The notes under the pieces: model-generated | What the model saw: only the letters and a program-made list of their open reading frames with translations | Told to the model about the DNA's origin: nothing | The model's database searches: none | Shown here: piece by piece, positions 8,956 through 17,321 of the stretch | Position numbering within the stretch: position 1 is the stretch's first letter | Layout of the letters: every line of letters starts with the position of its first letter | Program-made: the position numbers and the translations under genes | IMG/VR virus record: IMGVR_UViG_3300004154_000012 | DNA: 64,000 bases | Direction: 5' to 3' (one strand) | Origin: a virus

Positions 8956-10716
8956 TCACCGCCCCTTACGCAGGAAGAAGATTATTCGGCCGCCTGCGGG
9001 TAGGGCTTTCTGGAGGCCTTCGCCGCGACCATCTTTTTCAGCCAGTCCGGGCGCTCGATCGACGTCCGGTTGGCCAGCGGGCGGCTGTCCATCGAGTCCA
9101 TCTTCTCCATCTGCTCCGGCGTCAGCTTGGTCATTGCCCATCTCCGAAATCAGCTTGGGCGGTTGGCCCTTGTCAACATTATTGTCCCTAAAGCTCCAAA
9201 CGTCCACCAGAGATTTAACAGCGTCGAAAGACGCTTCGTTCCCGGTGTTGCCCAATACCACCTCAGGCGGTACGAACCGGCCGGTAGGCCCAAGGAAGCG
9301 CTCGATTGCACGCTTGGCGGCTTCCTGGCGCGGCAGATGCATATAATGTGCCTCCACCCGATAGCCGGCGGCCTGGAAGCCCTTCACGTTCTTGACCGCC
9401 TTCTCCTTTGTTTTCATGGTGGCGTCGTGGACGATGTTCAAGCCAAGATCCATTGCTGCCAGCGTGATTTCATCGAACAGTTCACCAGACTCTTCGTGAA
9501 CCTGAAAAGCGTTCCAGCCCTGATACTCCGGCAGCATGCCTTTGATTTCATCGGCATCCAGAACGATGACCTTCTTCGGATCGTAGACCTTCCCTTTAAA
9601 CCAGCTCTTGCCAGAACCGCCACGGCCGCCGAGCACCGTGAATGTCGGTGACTGTCCGTCCCCTGGCGTGGCCGCCTCCACGGCTGCCTGGTTCAGGAAG
9701 TGCTCAAAGATTTTGCCATGCAACGCCCGCCGCTCCTCGGTCCACCGGCCGTTGACCTTGTGTTGCTTGATGGTCTCCGGCAGGGCGGCAATGCGCTTTT
9801 GCACATCGGCAATCTTCTCCGCAGTGTCCGCTGGGAAACCCTTTAGAATGTCATCGACGGTCGCGTTCGGGTCGTTGGTCTTCGTGAAGTAGTCCGCCGC
9901 GGTGAACTTGTCCGGCGGAATTGTGCCATCACCACCGCCATCACCGCCGCCGCCGGCGGACGGCTTGGCCTCTACATTGTTATCTGCCGCCTTGTCCTGC
10001 TTGTCGGGCGTGGCATCGCCGGCATCGCCGGCGGAGGGGCTAAGGAGGTGCTCGTGGCGGACTTGGTGTTCCCGCCCGGTATGATCCTGCAAGGTGACTC
10101 CGTCCGTACCGCTGGCAACGATCTTCCCTTCACCCTGGACATCACCGTGCCGGAACGGGACGACGTCGCCATGCTTCATTGGCGTCGGACCCTTGTCGTT
10201 GGCCGGCTCCTCTTGAACCGTGCGGGTCCAGCGCTTCGTCTGATGCCCCGCCTTGTCGGTGACGTCCTTCAGCGCCAAGCCTGCGCGCTGGGCGATCGGA
10301 GCCGCCTTCAGGAACAGGATGCGGGTATCAGGAATCATGGTCGCCTCATTAGTCATGCTCTTTTGGAGGCGGTCGAGCCCGCCCAACAACGGATCGTCCC
10401 GCCCCGGTACCGTCGGCACCGGGGCGTCGGTAGTGTCCGGCAGCGCGCCAGTGACGAAGCGGCGGCACCCCTTGTCATCCTCCAGCAGGGCGCCGTCAGC
10501 CCCCTGGTCGATAATCCGCATCCGTTGAGTCATGCGCGTCTTATGACCGAGGTATGCGTCCCAGTGCAACTGATGGGATTTTCCTCGGTCGCAACGGGCC
10601 GTCATGCCGTCCTTGCCATGCGCAACCACCTTCACGGCCATCGGCCCATGCTGTGGATGCCGCACATAGACCTCATCGCCGGGCTCGACGTCCGGCCGCT
10701 GCGGCCGCTTGCTCAT
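8956..10716 (-). CDS. head-associated protein with C-terminal zeta-toxin-like P-loop kinase domain
   Basis: 586 aa. Walker A LGGRGGSGKSWF followed by VLDADEIK ... IVHDATMKTKEKA, the layout typical of zeta/AAA_33 kinases. The N-terminal half has two GD-x-V ... G-x-DG-x-T SH3-like repeats and an ILFLKA module. The gene lies between portal and MuF. Confidence 0.75.
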   Translation of the reverse strand: MSKRPQRPDVEPGDEVYVRHPQHGPMAVKVVAHGKDGMTARCDRGKSHQLHWDAYLGHKTRMTQRMRIIDQGADGALLEDDKGCRRFVTGALPDTTDAPVPTVPGRDDPLLGGLDRLQKSMTNEATMIPDTRILFLKAAPIAQRAGLALKDVTDKAGHQTKRWTRTVQEEPANDKGPTPMKHGDVVPFRHGDVQGEGKIVASGTDGVTLQDHTGREHQVRHEHLLSPSAGDAGDATPDKQDKAADNNVEAKPSAGGGGDGGGDGTIPPDKFTAADYFTKTNDPNATVDDILKGFPADTAEKIADVQKRIAALPETIKQHKVNGRWTEERRALHGKIFEHFLNQAAVEAATPGDGQSPTFTVLGGRGGSGKSWFKGKVYDPKKVIVLDADEIKGMLPEYQGWNAFQVHEESGELFDEITLAAMDLGLNIVHDATMKTKEKAVKNVKGFQAAGYRVEAHYMHLPRQEAAKRAIERFLGPTGRFVPPEVVLGNTGNEASFDAVKSLVDVWSFRDNNVDKGQPPKLISEMGNDQADAGADGEDGLDGQPPAGQPDVDRAPGLAEKDGRGEGLQKALPAGGRIIFFLRKGR

Positions 10717-12479
10717 TCGCCCACCGTGTAGATCACGGTCGACGCCGCCAACGCCTTGCCGAAATCGCCGCCGCCGTTCCCGCCCCCGAACTCGCCACCA
10801 GCCGGATCGGCACCGACGTTCCTATCCGGCTCGTCCTGCCCATCGACATCGCCCTGGTCGGGCTCATCCTGGCCATCGCCTCCAGCATCGTCGGGCGCCG
10901 CGCCAAAATCCACGCCAGCGCCGCCGCCAAAGTCTCGGCCCTGCTGCGCCGGCTGCTGCATCTGCATCCATGGCCCGATCAGCGAGGGGTTCAGCGGGGC
11001 CGCTCCGAGCTTATCGTCCGGATGCGCCTCATAGCCCATCTCCGCCCGCAGCTCGTCCACGGTCAGCACCAGCTTTTTGTTCTCCCAATCCCGCGCTTCG
11101 TCCTTCACGTCGAGGCCCAACCAGCGGAAGCAATACTTGTCGCTGAACTCCGAAACGATGAAGTCCGAGAACACTGACTCGAAATAGGACAGCAGAGGCC
11201 TCAGCCCTTTGTCCTTGCTATCGGCCAGTTTTTCAGCCGTATCGGACCCTGAAAGACTTGATTTTTGCGCGCTGAATGATTCGAAATTGATTTCATCCGG
11301 CGACATGCCGTAGATCGCGCAGATGATCGACGTCAGGAACGTCATCCATTTCGCGAAGTACATTTCATTGTACTCGATGCCGAAACGCTCAAAAGACGCC
11401 TTACTCTCTTGATCCTTCGACACCATGACAGGCAAGGCCCACGCGTTGTTGACGCCCTTCACCATGGCGTTCCAGTAACGCTTGAAGGCGTTCAGGTCCT
11501 CCTGCCCATAGTCGCCGGTCAGATGGAGGAGGCCCTTCGGAATCGCGTTTTGGTCGAACCCGGCGATGTTGTAGTTCATGGCGTTCAGGAACCCGGTGAC
11601 GGTGCGGATCAGCAGCTCCGTCTCGCCCAGGCCGTAGCCGGCCAGTCGCACATCGGACCGCGGATTCCGGGGCTCGTAGATGAGCTGGTCGCGGGTGTAG
11701 GCGGTGGCGATGCGACCTTGCACCACCTGGAGGGCGTAGATTTCGTCGTCGCCCTGGTAGTCGTCCTCCGCGCACAGGCGGATGGTCGCGCCGTCGACCG
11801 CATAGAAGCCGTCCATGCCCAGCGTGCGGTCGCGCTTGAACTCCGTCTCGATCGGCGCGCTGTCCATGGTCAGGCTGTCGCGGACCATCTTCGCCATGAA
11901 CTGGCTGAAATTGTCGCGCCGCAGCAGCTTGCGCTTGCGCGGGTTGAACTCCCATCCGCAGTTGGCGAAGAACTTCGCCAAGAGTTGCGTGCTCTCCTTC
12001 TCATCCGGCGTCAGCTTGTGCGTCTTGTCGACGTGCCGGATCTCGAAACCAGGGCCGCCGTCCTCGCTGATTTGGGTGAAGCGGCTCACCTGTCGGATGC
12101 GGGTCAACACGACGGCGTTCAGCACCGGGGTCTGGTCGACCATGGCCCGCAAACCGTCGAAGCCGAGCGGCGACGGCTTCTCCCAATAGTCGCCGTAGGC
12201 CTGGATTTGCAGGTTGTCGAGTTGTACCGACTGCATGCCGCGCGCCGGAGGCGGTCGCGTCCGACCGGGAAACTCGACGGCTTGCCCGCGCGCTTTCGCC
12301 AGCAGGCCCTGTTCCTCGAAAGAGGCGGCGATGAAGTCGATCACCGGCCGCATATGGTCAGCGGGGATCAGGTCGGACGCGGTTGGCCGATGCGCCTGTT
12401 GCAGCTCGGCATTGGCGTCATAGCGCTCGGCAGCCGGAGCGGCGGAATCGAACGCAATCTGGCGGGCATCATCGGTCAT
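10713..12479 (-). CDS. portal protein (assigned by position and size)
   Basis: 588-aa ORF directly downstream of terL and upstream of the MuF-like gene. Acidic Gly/Asp-rich C-terminal tail. The family cannot be verified without a search. Confidence 0.7.
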   Translation of the reverse strand: MTDDARQIAFDSAAPAAERYDANAELQQAHRPTASDLIPADHMRPVIDFIAASFEEQGLLAKARGQAVEFPGRTRPPPARGMQSVQLDNLQIQAYGDYWEKPSPLGFDGLRAMVDQTPVLNAVVLTRIRQVSRFTQISEDGGPGFEIRHVDKTHKLTPDEKESTQLLAKFFANCGWEFNPRKRKLLRRDNFSQFMAKMVRDSLTMDSAPIETEFKRDRTLGMDGFYAVDGATIRLCAEDDYQGDDEIYALQVVQGRIATAYTRDQLIYEPRNPRSDVRLAGYGLGETELLIRTVTGFLNAMNYNIAGFDQNAIPKGLLHLTGDYGQEDLNAFKRYWNAMVKGVNNAWALPVMVSKDQESKASFERFGIEYNEMYFAKWMTFLTSIICAIYGMSPDEINFESFSAQKSSLSGSDTAEKLADSKDKGLRPLLSYFESVFSDFIVSEFSDKYCFRWLGLDVKDEARDWENKKLVLTVDELRAEMGYEAHPDDKLGAAPLNPSLIGPWMQMQQPAQQGRDFGGGAGVDFGAAPDDAGGDGQDEPDQGDVDGQDEPDRNVGADPAGGEFGGGNGGGDFGKALAASTVIYTVGE

Positions 12480-12493
12480 GATGACAGGGTAGC

Positions 12494-12501
12494 GTCACGA
12501 C
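12494..12501 (-). promoter_or_regulatory. GTCGTGAC junction motif copy
   Basis: GTCGTGAC-GCTACCCTGTCATC-ATG, exactly 14 nt to portal ATG 12479. No SD in the spacer. Confidence 0.65.
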
Positions 12502-12524
12502 CGGACCGGGCGCGCACCTGCGCT

Positions 12525-12553
12525 GGTAGGTTGCTACCTACCTACTTAGCTAC
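12525..12553 (+). promoter_or_regulatory. dispersed GCTACCTACCTAGCTA-type element, copy a
   Basis: GGTAGGTTGCTACCTACCTACTTAGCTAC between the terL stop (12550) and the portal start. Contains GGTAGG-N6-CCTACC symmetry. Confidence 0.6.
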
Positions 12554-14595
12554 TCGCGTGGAATGAACACGACGCACGCCGGGTCCTTCGGCGCCACCGA
12601 GAAATGACGCTCGGTGCACTGCCCATCAACGAAGGCGGTGCATCGCCCGCACACCCCGGCCGGCAGATCGTCAATCAGCTTGACGACGTTGGCCGGCAGG
12701 CCCGGCATGGCCTCCACCAGTTTCTGAGCCACGGCCGCCTGTGGCCTCACGTCGGGCATGATGAAGGTGTTCGTGCCGTGTGCGCGCGCCCAGGCGACAT
12801 CGCACAGCATATTCGCGTATGAAAAGTGCGGGTCGATCCCCACCTTCTTGACCGACCGGCGGAAGGCGTTGGTCTCGTCATCCTTCTCCGCCACCAGCGC
12901 CGTCTTGGTGAAGTGGAGGAATGCGCGCGGCAGGACCGGCACCGTCTGCCGCACCCCCTTCTCCCGCACCTCCTGCACAAGCCCCTGACGGTCGGGGAAG
13001 AGGCAGATGGTCTGCGTGAGGCGGGCCATGGCGACCTGCATGCACTTGTACTGGTCGAGCCGGACGGTATAGCGGTCGCGCTCGGCCTCGGCGGTGCGGC
13101 GCTCGGACACATCGAGCCGTGGTGCATCCCCCCACTGGATCATGCCCTCCTTCAGCGACCCGTAAGAATCGCAGATGAAGACCTTGCCCTTGTGGCGGTT
13201 GGCGAAGCGCTTGGCGTCGTTGTAGTTCGGGTTGATTTCGACCACGCACGCCGCGACGCCATAGGTCTCCATCAGCTCCGAGCAGCGGGCGAAGGGATTT
13301 TCACTGTAGACCTCCTCAACATGGATCACCGCCTGCCGACCGTCGGGCAGGCGCTCTTTGATGATCACGCAGTTGAAATTGCCCATCTGGTCGATGCCCA
13401 TGAACGTGCCTTGCGCCCGCGTCTTCCAGACAAGCCCGGCGGCAATGCCGGTCTTCTCGCACGCGGCCAAATGCTCCAGCGTCACCGGGACTTGGCTGGG
13501 ATCGAGGTATGGCTTGCCCAGCTTTCGATTGTAAAAATTCTTCAGGTCCGTGGCAGAGTTGTAGGCATACAGGATTTCGCCGGCGGAAATTGTCGGGGAG
13601 AGGAACTGCGGGAAATGGATGCTGCGGATGCGGAGCGGCCGATCCTTCTTCGGAATCGCGTAGTCGATCGGCTGGTCTGCGTCTGGATTGTCCGCGATCC
13701 AGGCCCCCCGCTGCGGATCATCGATCCAGTGACCAGCCTCGCACACATACCGATCAGCGTGTCGGATCGGGTCCCATTTGATGCAGGCTGGGAAATAATC
13801 GTCCAGAGGTTTGCGCCGGCCGCACTCCGGGCATTCGGTGTGGAACCGGTATTGCGACCCTCGCTTGTACCAGTGGTTAATATCGGAATCTGGCCAGTTG
13901 GCCGTCGAGCCCATCAGCACGAAGCGGATCGGGGAAGCCGACAGACGTTCCAGCGTCTTCTCCATCTGTTCCAGGCTCATTTCCTGGACTTCATCGAAGG
14001 AGAGGACATCCATCGGGATCGACTCCGTGGTCGCCCGGCCGGAGGTCCACGAGAAGATGAACAACGCCTCACCAACGCGCCGACGGGTCACGTTGCCTTC
14101 GCCCGCCTTGCGGCCGCTGCCATCCTGCGCCTCATGCGTCATCAAGGCATGGACGGAGGGGACCGACCGGACGATCGGCATGAAGCGCTCGGTCGACTTC
14201 ACCCCGGCGAGGTTCATGTCGGGCAAGAACATGCCCACGGTGGCCGGGCCGAACCGGAGGCCCAGGTAGATGGTGGCCAACATCTCCATGACGGTAAATC
14301 CGACCTGCGCGCACTTCTGGAGGACCAGCACGAAACGATAGGCCTCGTCCTCCGTGCTGGGGACCTGGTCATAAATCCAGGCCATGGCCGGGCGGTCATC
14401 CAGCTTGAAGGCCTTCCCGTCGACCTTCATCCCCTCGTCCCCCAGCTTCTCGACCCACTGCCGGAACGTCATGCCGGGCGGGATCGGGCTCTTGAGGGCA
14501 CCGGTGGTCAGGTTCAGTTCGCGCTCCAGAGCCGCGATCATGCGGTTTTGCGCCGCCCGTGATGTCTCCAGAGGGTTCTGCCGCCCGACCGCCAT
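12550..14595 (-). CDS. terL: terminase large subunit (lambda GpA-like)
   Basis: 681 aa. ATPase signature LQKCAQVGFT (GpA-type K-x-A-Q/R-V-G), Walker B VLSFDEVQE, Cys-rich C-terminal tail. Sits between the small terminase and portal. Confidence 0.85.
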   Translation of the reverse strand: MAVGRQNPLETSRAAQNRMIAALERELNLTTGALKSPIPPGMTFRQWVEKLGDEGMKVDGKAFKLDDRPAMAWIYDQVPSTEDEAYRFVLVLQKCAQVGFTVMEMLATIYLGLRFGPATVGMFLPDMNLAGVKSTERFMPIVRSVPSVHALMTHEAQDGSGRKAGEGNVTRRRVGEALFIFSWTSGRATTESIPMDVLSFDEVQEMSLEQMEKTLERLSASPIRFVLMGSTANWPDSDINHWYKRGSQYRFHTECPECGRRKPLDDYFPACIKWDPIRHADRYVCEAGHWIDDPQRGAWIADNPDADQPIDYAIPKKDRPLRIRSIHFPQFLSPTISAGEILYAYNSATDLKNFYNRKLGKPYLDPSQVPVTLEHLAACEKTGIAAGLVWKTRAQGTFMGIDQMGNFNCVIIKERLPDGRQAVIHVEEVYSENPFARCSELMETYGVAACVVEINPNYNDAKRFANRHKGKVFICDSYGSLKEGMIQWGDAPRLDVSERRTAEAERDRYTVRLDQYKCMQVAMARLTQTICLFPDRQGLVQEVREKGVRQTVPVLPRAFLHFTKTALVAEKDDETNAFRRSVKKVGIDPHFSYANMLCDVAWARAHGTNTFIMPDVRPQAAVAQKLVEAMPGLPANVVKLIDDLPAGVCGRCTAFVDGQCTERHFSVAPKDPACVVFIPRE

Positions 14596-14599
14596 GTCG

Positions 14600-15208
14600 T
14601 TACATTCCGAATTGCGCGTTGACCTGCCGGAACTTCATCAAAATGCGCTCGACCAGGGCCGGGTCCTCCTCACGCAGCACCTGGAAAATCGCTTCATGGA
14701 ATCGCTCCACATGCACCACCGCCAGCATGGCCTCTTGGAGCTGGACCACGGTCTGTGCCGAGCGCCGCAGGTGTTCCGACGCCGCCAGCAGCAGCTTCAC
14801 GTTCCGCAGCTTCCCTTCTTCAGTCCGCGAGTGAGCCATGAGCTCCTCGGCGATAGCGATGCACTGCCGCAGCTTGTCGACCACCGACACCACCCCGCCG
14901 GTCTCGACCAGTGTGGAGACATCCGGCATCGGCGGCAGGACCTCGACCGCCTCCCGCGCCGCATCGGCGGCGGGGTCCGCCGTCCGCTGCGCCCGCGCCT
15001 CGGCCTCCCGCTGCACCACCTTGCCGAGGTGGGCGCCAGCGCGGCCGCTCTTCTCCAGAGCGTCCAGCCAGCGATAGAGGGTGCTCTGCCCGATCCCTCG
15101 GGATTTGAACTCGCCGACCAAGCCAGCCCGGTCGAATTGATCGCCGTATTGCTCGATCAGCTTCAGCGCTCGCGCTTCGAACTCTGCCCGATCTTCCTTC
15201 CGCGCCAT
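14600..15208 (-). CDS. terS: terminase small subunit (putative, HTH)
   Basis: Start refined to ATG 15208 (MARKEDRAEF...), which overlaps the TGA of the upstream gene (TGATG). HTH-like GIGQSTLYRWLDALEKS. Directly precedes terL. Confidence 0.6.
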   Translation of the reverse strand: MARKEDRAEFEARALKLIEQYGDQFDRAGLVGEFKSRGIGQSTLYRWLDALEKSGRAGAHLGKVVQREAEARAQRTADPAADAAREAVEVLPPMPDVSTLVETGGVVSVVDKLRQCIAIAEELMAHSRTEEGKLRNVKLLLAASEHLRRSAQTVVQLQEAMLAVVHVERFHEAIFQVLREEDPALVERILMKFRQVNAQFGM

Positions 15209-15765
15209 CAGATTGCCCCACCTTGCCGAAGAGCGTCGATGAAGCTGCGAATGTCGGGAGCCCACGCGCCATAGCGCTTCACGACCGCATTGAACTCCTC
15301 CATGTCGTGTCCGGCGATGGCCCACACGGGCCGACCGTCATCCCGAAATTTGGGTTCGCCTTCTTTATCGAGGGCCACGGTGCAATGCGACAGCTCGTGA
15401 TAGACCAGGATTTCGCGCTGGCGCGGCGTGGCGACGCTCCACCACCCCTTATCAAGGGTGATGATATAGTCCGGCACTCCCTGGAACATGCACGCCAGCA
15501 TCCAGGTGCAGAACGGCTTGGTCGATCCTTGGAAGACGGGCCGCCAGCATTCGCCCAGGATCATGCGTCCTTGGCGCACCTTCGGCTCGCACCGGATGAG
15601 GAACAGCAACCGCGCCTCTCCTTCGCGCAGAAACACGAACTCCGGCAGATCGGCGACCAAGCGCGCGGCAATCTCGCGCGGCTCGTCCTGACCGTCAGTC
15701 GGCAGTTCGAACAACTCCTCGGGCGGCAGCTCCTCATCCACCGAACAGACCTCCATCCACGGCAA
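15208..15765 (-). CDS. putative phage metallopeptidase (HExxH)
   Basis: 185 aa with the zincin-like motif LVYHELSHC. Positioned upstream of terS, as in many phages. Confidence 0.65.
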   Translation of the reverse strand: MPWMEVCSVDEELPPEELFELPTDGQDEPREIAARLVADLPEFVFLREGEARLLFLIRCEPKVRQGRMILGECWRPVFQGSTKPFCTWMLACMFQGVPDYIITLDKGWWSVATPRQREILVYHELSHCTVALDKEGEPKFRDDGRPVWAIAGHDMEEFNAVVKRYGAWAPDIRSFIDALRQGGAI

Positions 15766-16030
15766 CAGGCCCCCTTGCCTTGCGCGTCAACTTGTCCGCC
15801 GCCGTCTCCTCGACCATTTGGGCAAGGATTTCGTAGGGATTGGCCGCCGTGCGCATGGGATTCGGCGCACAGCGGTATCCGGGCACGCCACAGGCGCACA
15901 GCGCGGCGACGCGCCCTTTGGCCTCGACGCCGCAGAGCGAGCATCGGAAGGTGCCATCCCGCTCCAGCACACGCCCGATCCCGCAGTGCCGACAACAGTG
16001 CGGGGTGAGTGTCCAGCCGCTGTCCCTCAC
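15734..16030 (-). CDS. small Cys-rich (zinc-ribbon-like) protein
   Basis: 98 aa with CCRHC...CSLC and CACG...C pairs. Overlaps both neighbours. Start uncertain. Confidence 0.4.
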   Translation of the reverse strand: MRDSGWTLTPHCCRHCGIGRVLERDGTFRCSLCGVEAKGRVAALCACGVPGYRCAPNPMRTAANPYEILAQMVEETAADKLTRKARGPVAVDGGLFGG

Positions 16031-16581
16031 AGGCCCAACTCCAACTGGACCGCAGCGGCAGCCGCCACCCGTGGGTGGCGGACCAGCGGCGCCGCTGGCC
16101 GACTGAACGCCAGAGATCCCGATCCGGTCGCCGCCCTGCCCAGCACCAGCATGCTCTCCGCCGCATTGGTGACGCGGCGCACGACATGGAGGCGCAGTAT
16201 GCCGTCACGGACGATCAGGACCTTGTCGTCATGCAGAATGGCGGTGAGCCGCGGCACGCCGCCTTTTGCGTTCCGCCCCCGCAGTGCCTCGCGCTCACGG
16301 TTGTAGCAGGAGACGCACAGGCGCCCGTTGATGAGACGCGAGGCCTGCCTCTGGCAGCGAGGGCACAGACACTGGAGTGATTCTACGGTGGCCGCAGTCG
16401 CCGGTAGCGGCTTGCCAGCATGGGCTGCCCCGATGGGGCAGGTCCGACAGTGCCAACGACCTTCCCACGGCTCCGGACGCTTGCGCTCCGCCGCTTGCCA
16501 AGACGCAGCGCAGCTCACCTTGGTGAGGCTCAGTGCGCGCCGGTCGCAGCGGAACAGCTCCAGTTCCATGGTTTGCCCCAT
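16027..16581 (-). CDS. Cys-rich protein with multiple CxxC pairs, function unknown
   Basis: Start refined to ATG 16581 (MGQTMELELF), with GGAG 9 nt upstream. Contains CRTC, CPRC and CVSC pairs. First gene downstream of the 16593-16689 regulatory region. Confidence 0.5.
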   Translation of the reverse strand: MGQTMELELFRCDRRALSLTKVSCAASWQAAERKRPEPWEGRWHCRTCPIGAAHAGKPLPATAATVESLQCLCPRCQRQASRLINGRLCVSCYNREREALRGRNAKGGVPRLTAILHDDKVLIVRDGILRLHVVRRVTNAAESMLVLGRAATGSGSLAFSRPAAPLVRHPRVAAAAAVQLELGL

Positions 16582-16592
16582 CGGTGTAACTC

Positions 16593-16689
16593 CGTAGGGC
16601 ATAGGAATATCACTCGGACATAGGGTGACGCAATGCGCCACTCTATTTTTGTCAAGCTGTTATGAATGATTGCATAGGAAAATCCTATG
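16593..16689. promoter_or_regulatory. cluster of C(G/A)TAGGA half-sites
   Basis: CGTAGGG 16593, CATAGGAAT 16600, CATAGGGTG 16619, and the perfect palindrome CATAGGA-AAA-TCCTATG at 16673-16689, which overlaps the holin stop. Minus-strand TTGACA at 16651-16656. Confidence 0.45.
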
Positions 16690-17263
16690 GCTTGCCTTTT
16701 CGCCCAAGCATGCCCAGCAAGTCGAGAGGACTGCCGCCGTTCTTGTCCTTGCTTCGCTGCACCACCGACACGCCCAGCACCGCGAGCGACGTCACCCACG
16801 GGATGGTCATGGCGTCGACCAGAGAGGCGATCCCGGCCAGAATTTCTCGCGCCTCCGTCGCATGCCCCATCATACCGGCGATGGTGGCGCCGACGACAGA
16901 GATACAGACAGCAAACGTCTGCGCCACCCATGCTCGGGCCGACCAGTAGCCCCAATACGGTCGCCAGCGCCGCACGTATTCGTCAGCGCTGTTGGCCTCC
17001 GCGCGGATGGTCTCATTGACGATCCGTAAGCGCTCGGTGTCCTCACGCTCGACAGCCAGTAGCGCGTCGCTCGCAATCTTCTGCGCCTGAAGTAGGAGGG
17101 TGGGATCGGCTTTGAGCGCGGCGACAGCCGCCTCCGGTTCCGTTTGGCCGGTGAGCGCTTGCACGGCCGGCACCAAGGCCCCCGCGACTTTACCGGCTTT
17201 TTCATCGGCCAAGCCGATCAGATTTGGGATTAGCGGCAGCAACGCCATGAGAAAACCGAGCAT
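16685..17263 (-). CDS. holin, 3-TM type (GTA-holin/DUF3154-like)
   Basis: 192 aa. N-terminal amphipathic region, then ANSADEYVRRWRPYWGYW followed by hydrophobic helices, the pattern I associate with 3TM holins. Adjacent to the endolysin gene. Confidence 0.6.
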   Translation of the reverse strand: MLGFLMALLPLIPNLIGLADEKAGKVAGALVPAVQALTGQTEPEAAVAALKADPTLLLQAQKIASDALLAVEREDTERLRIVNETIRAEANSADEYVRRWRPYWGYWSARAWVAQTFAVCISVVGATIAGMMGHATEAREILAGIASLVDAMTIPWVTSLAVLGVSVVQRSKDKNGGSPLDLLGMLGRKGKP

Positions 17264-17321
17264 GATGACCTCACATTGTCAGGTGCATGTTGTGACCGAC
17301 CTCCGCAGAGGCCTTCGGATT

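Noticed and set aside
8956-10716. The zeta-kinase gene as a plasmid toxin-antitoxin addiction module.
   Set aside because: There is no adjacent small epsilon-like antitoxin ORF. The domain is fused into a 586-aa protein within the portal-MuF operon, which fits a virion effector better.
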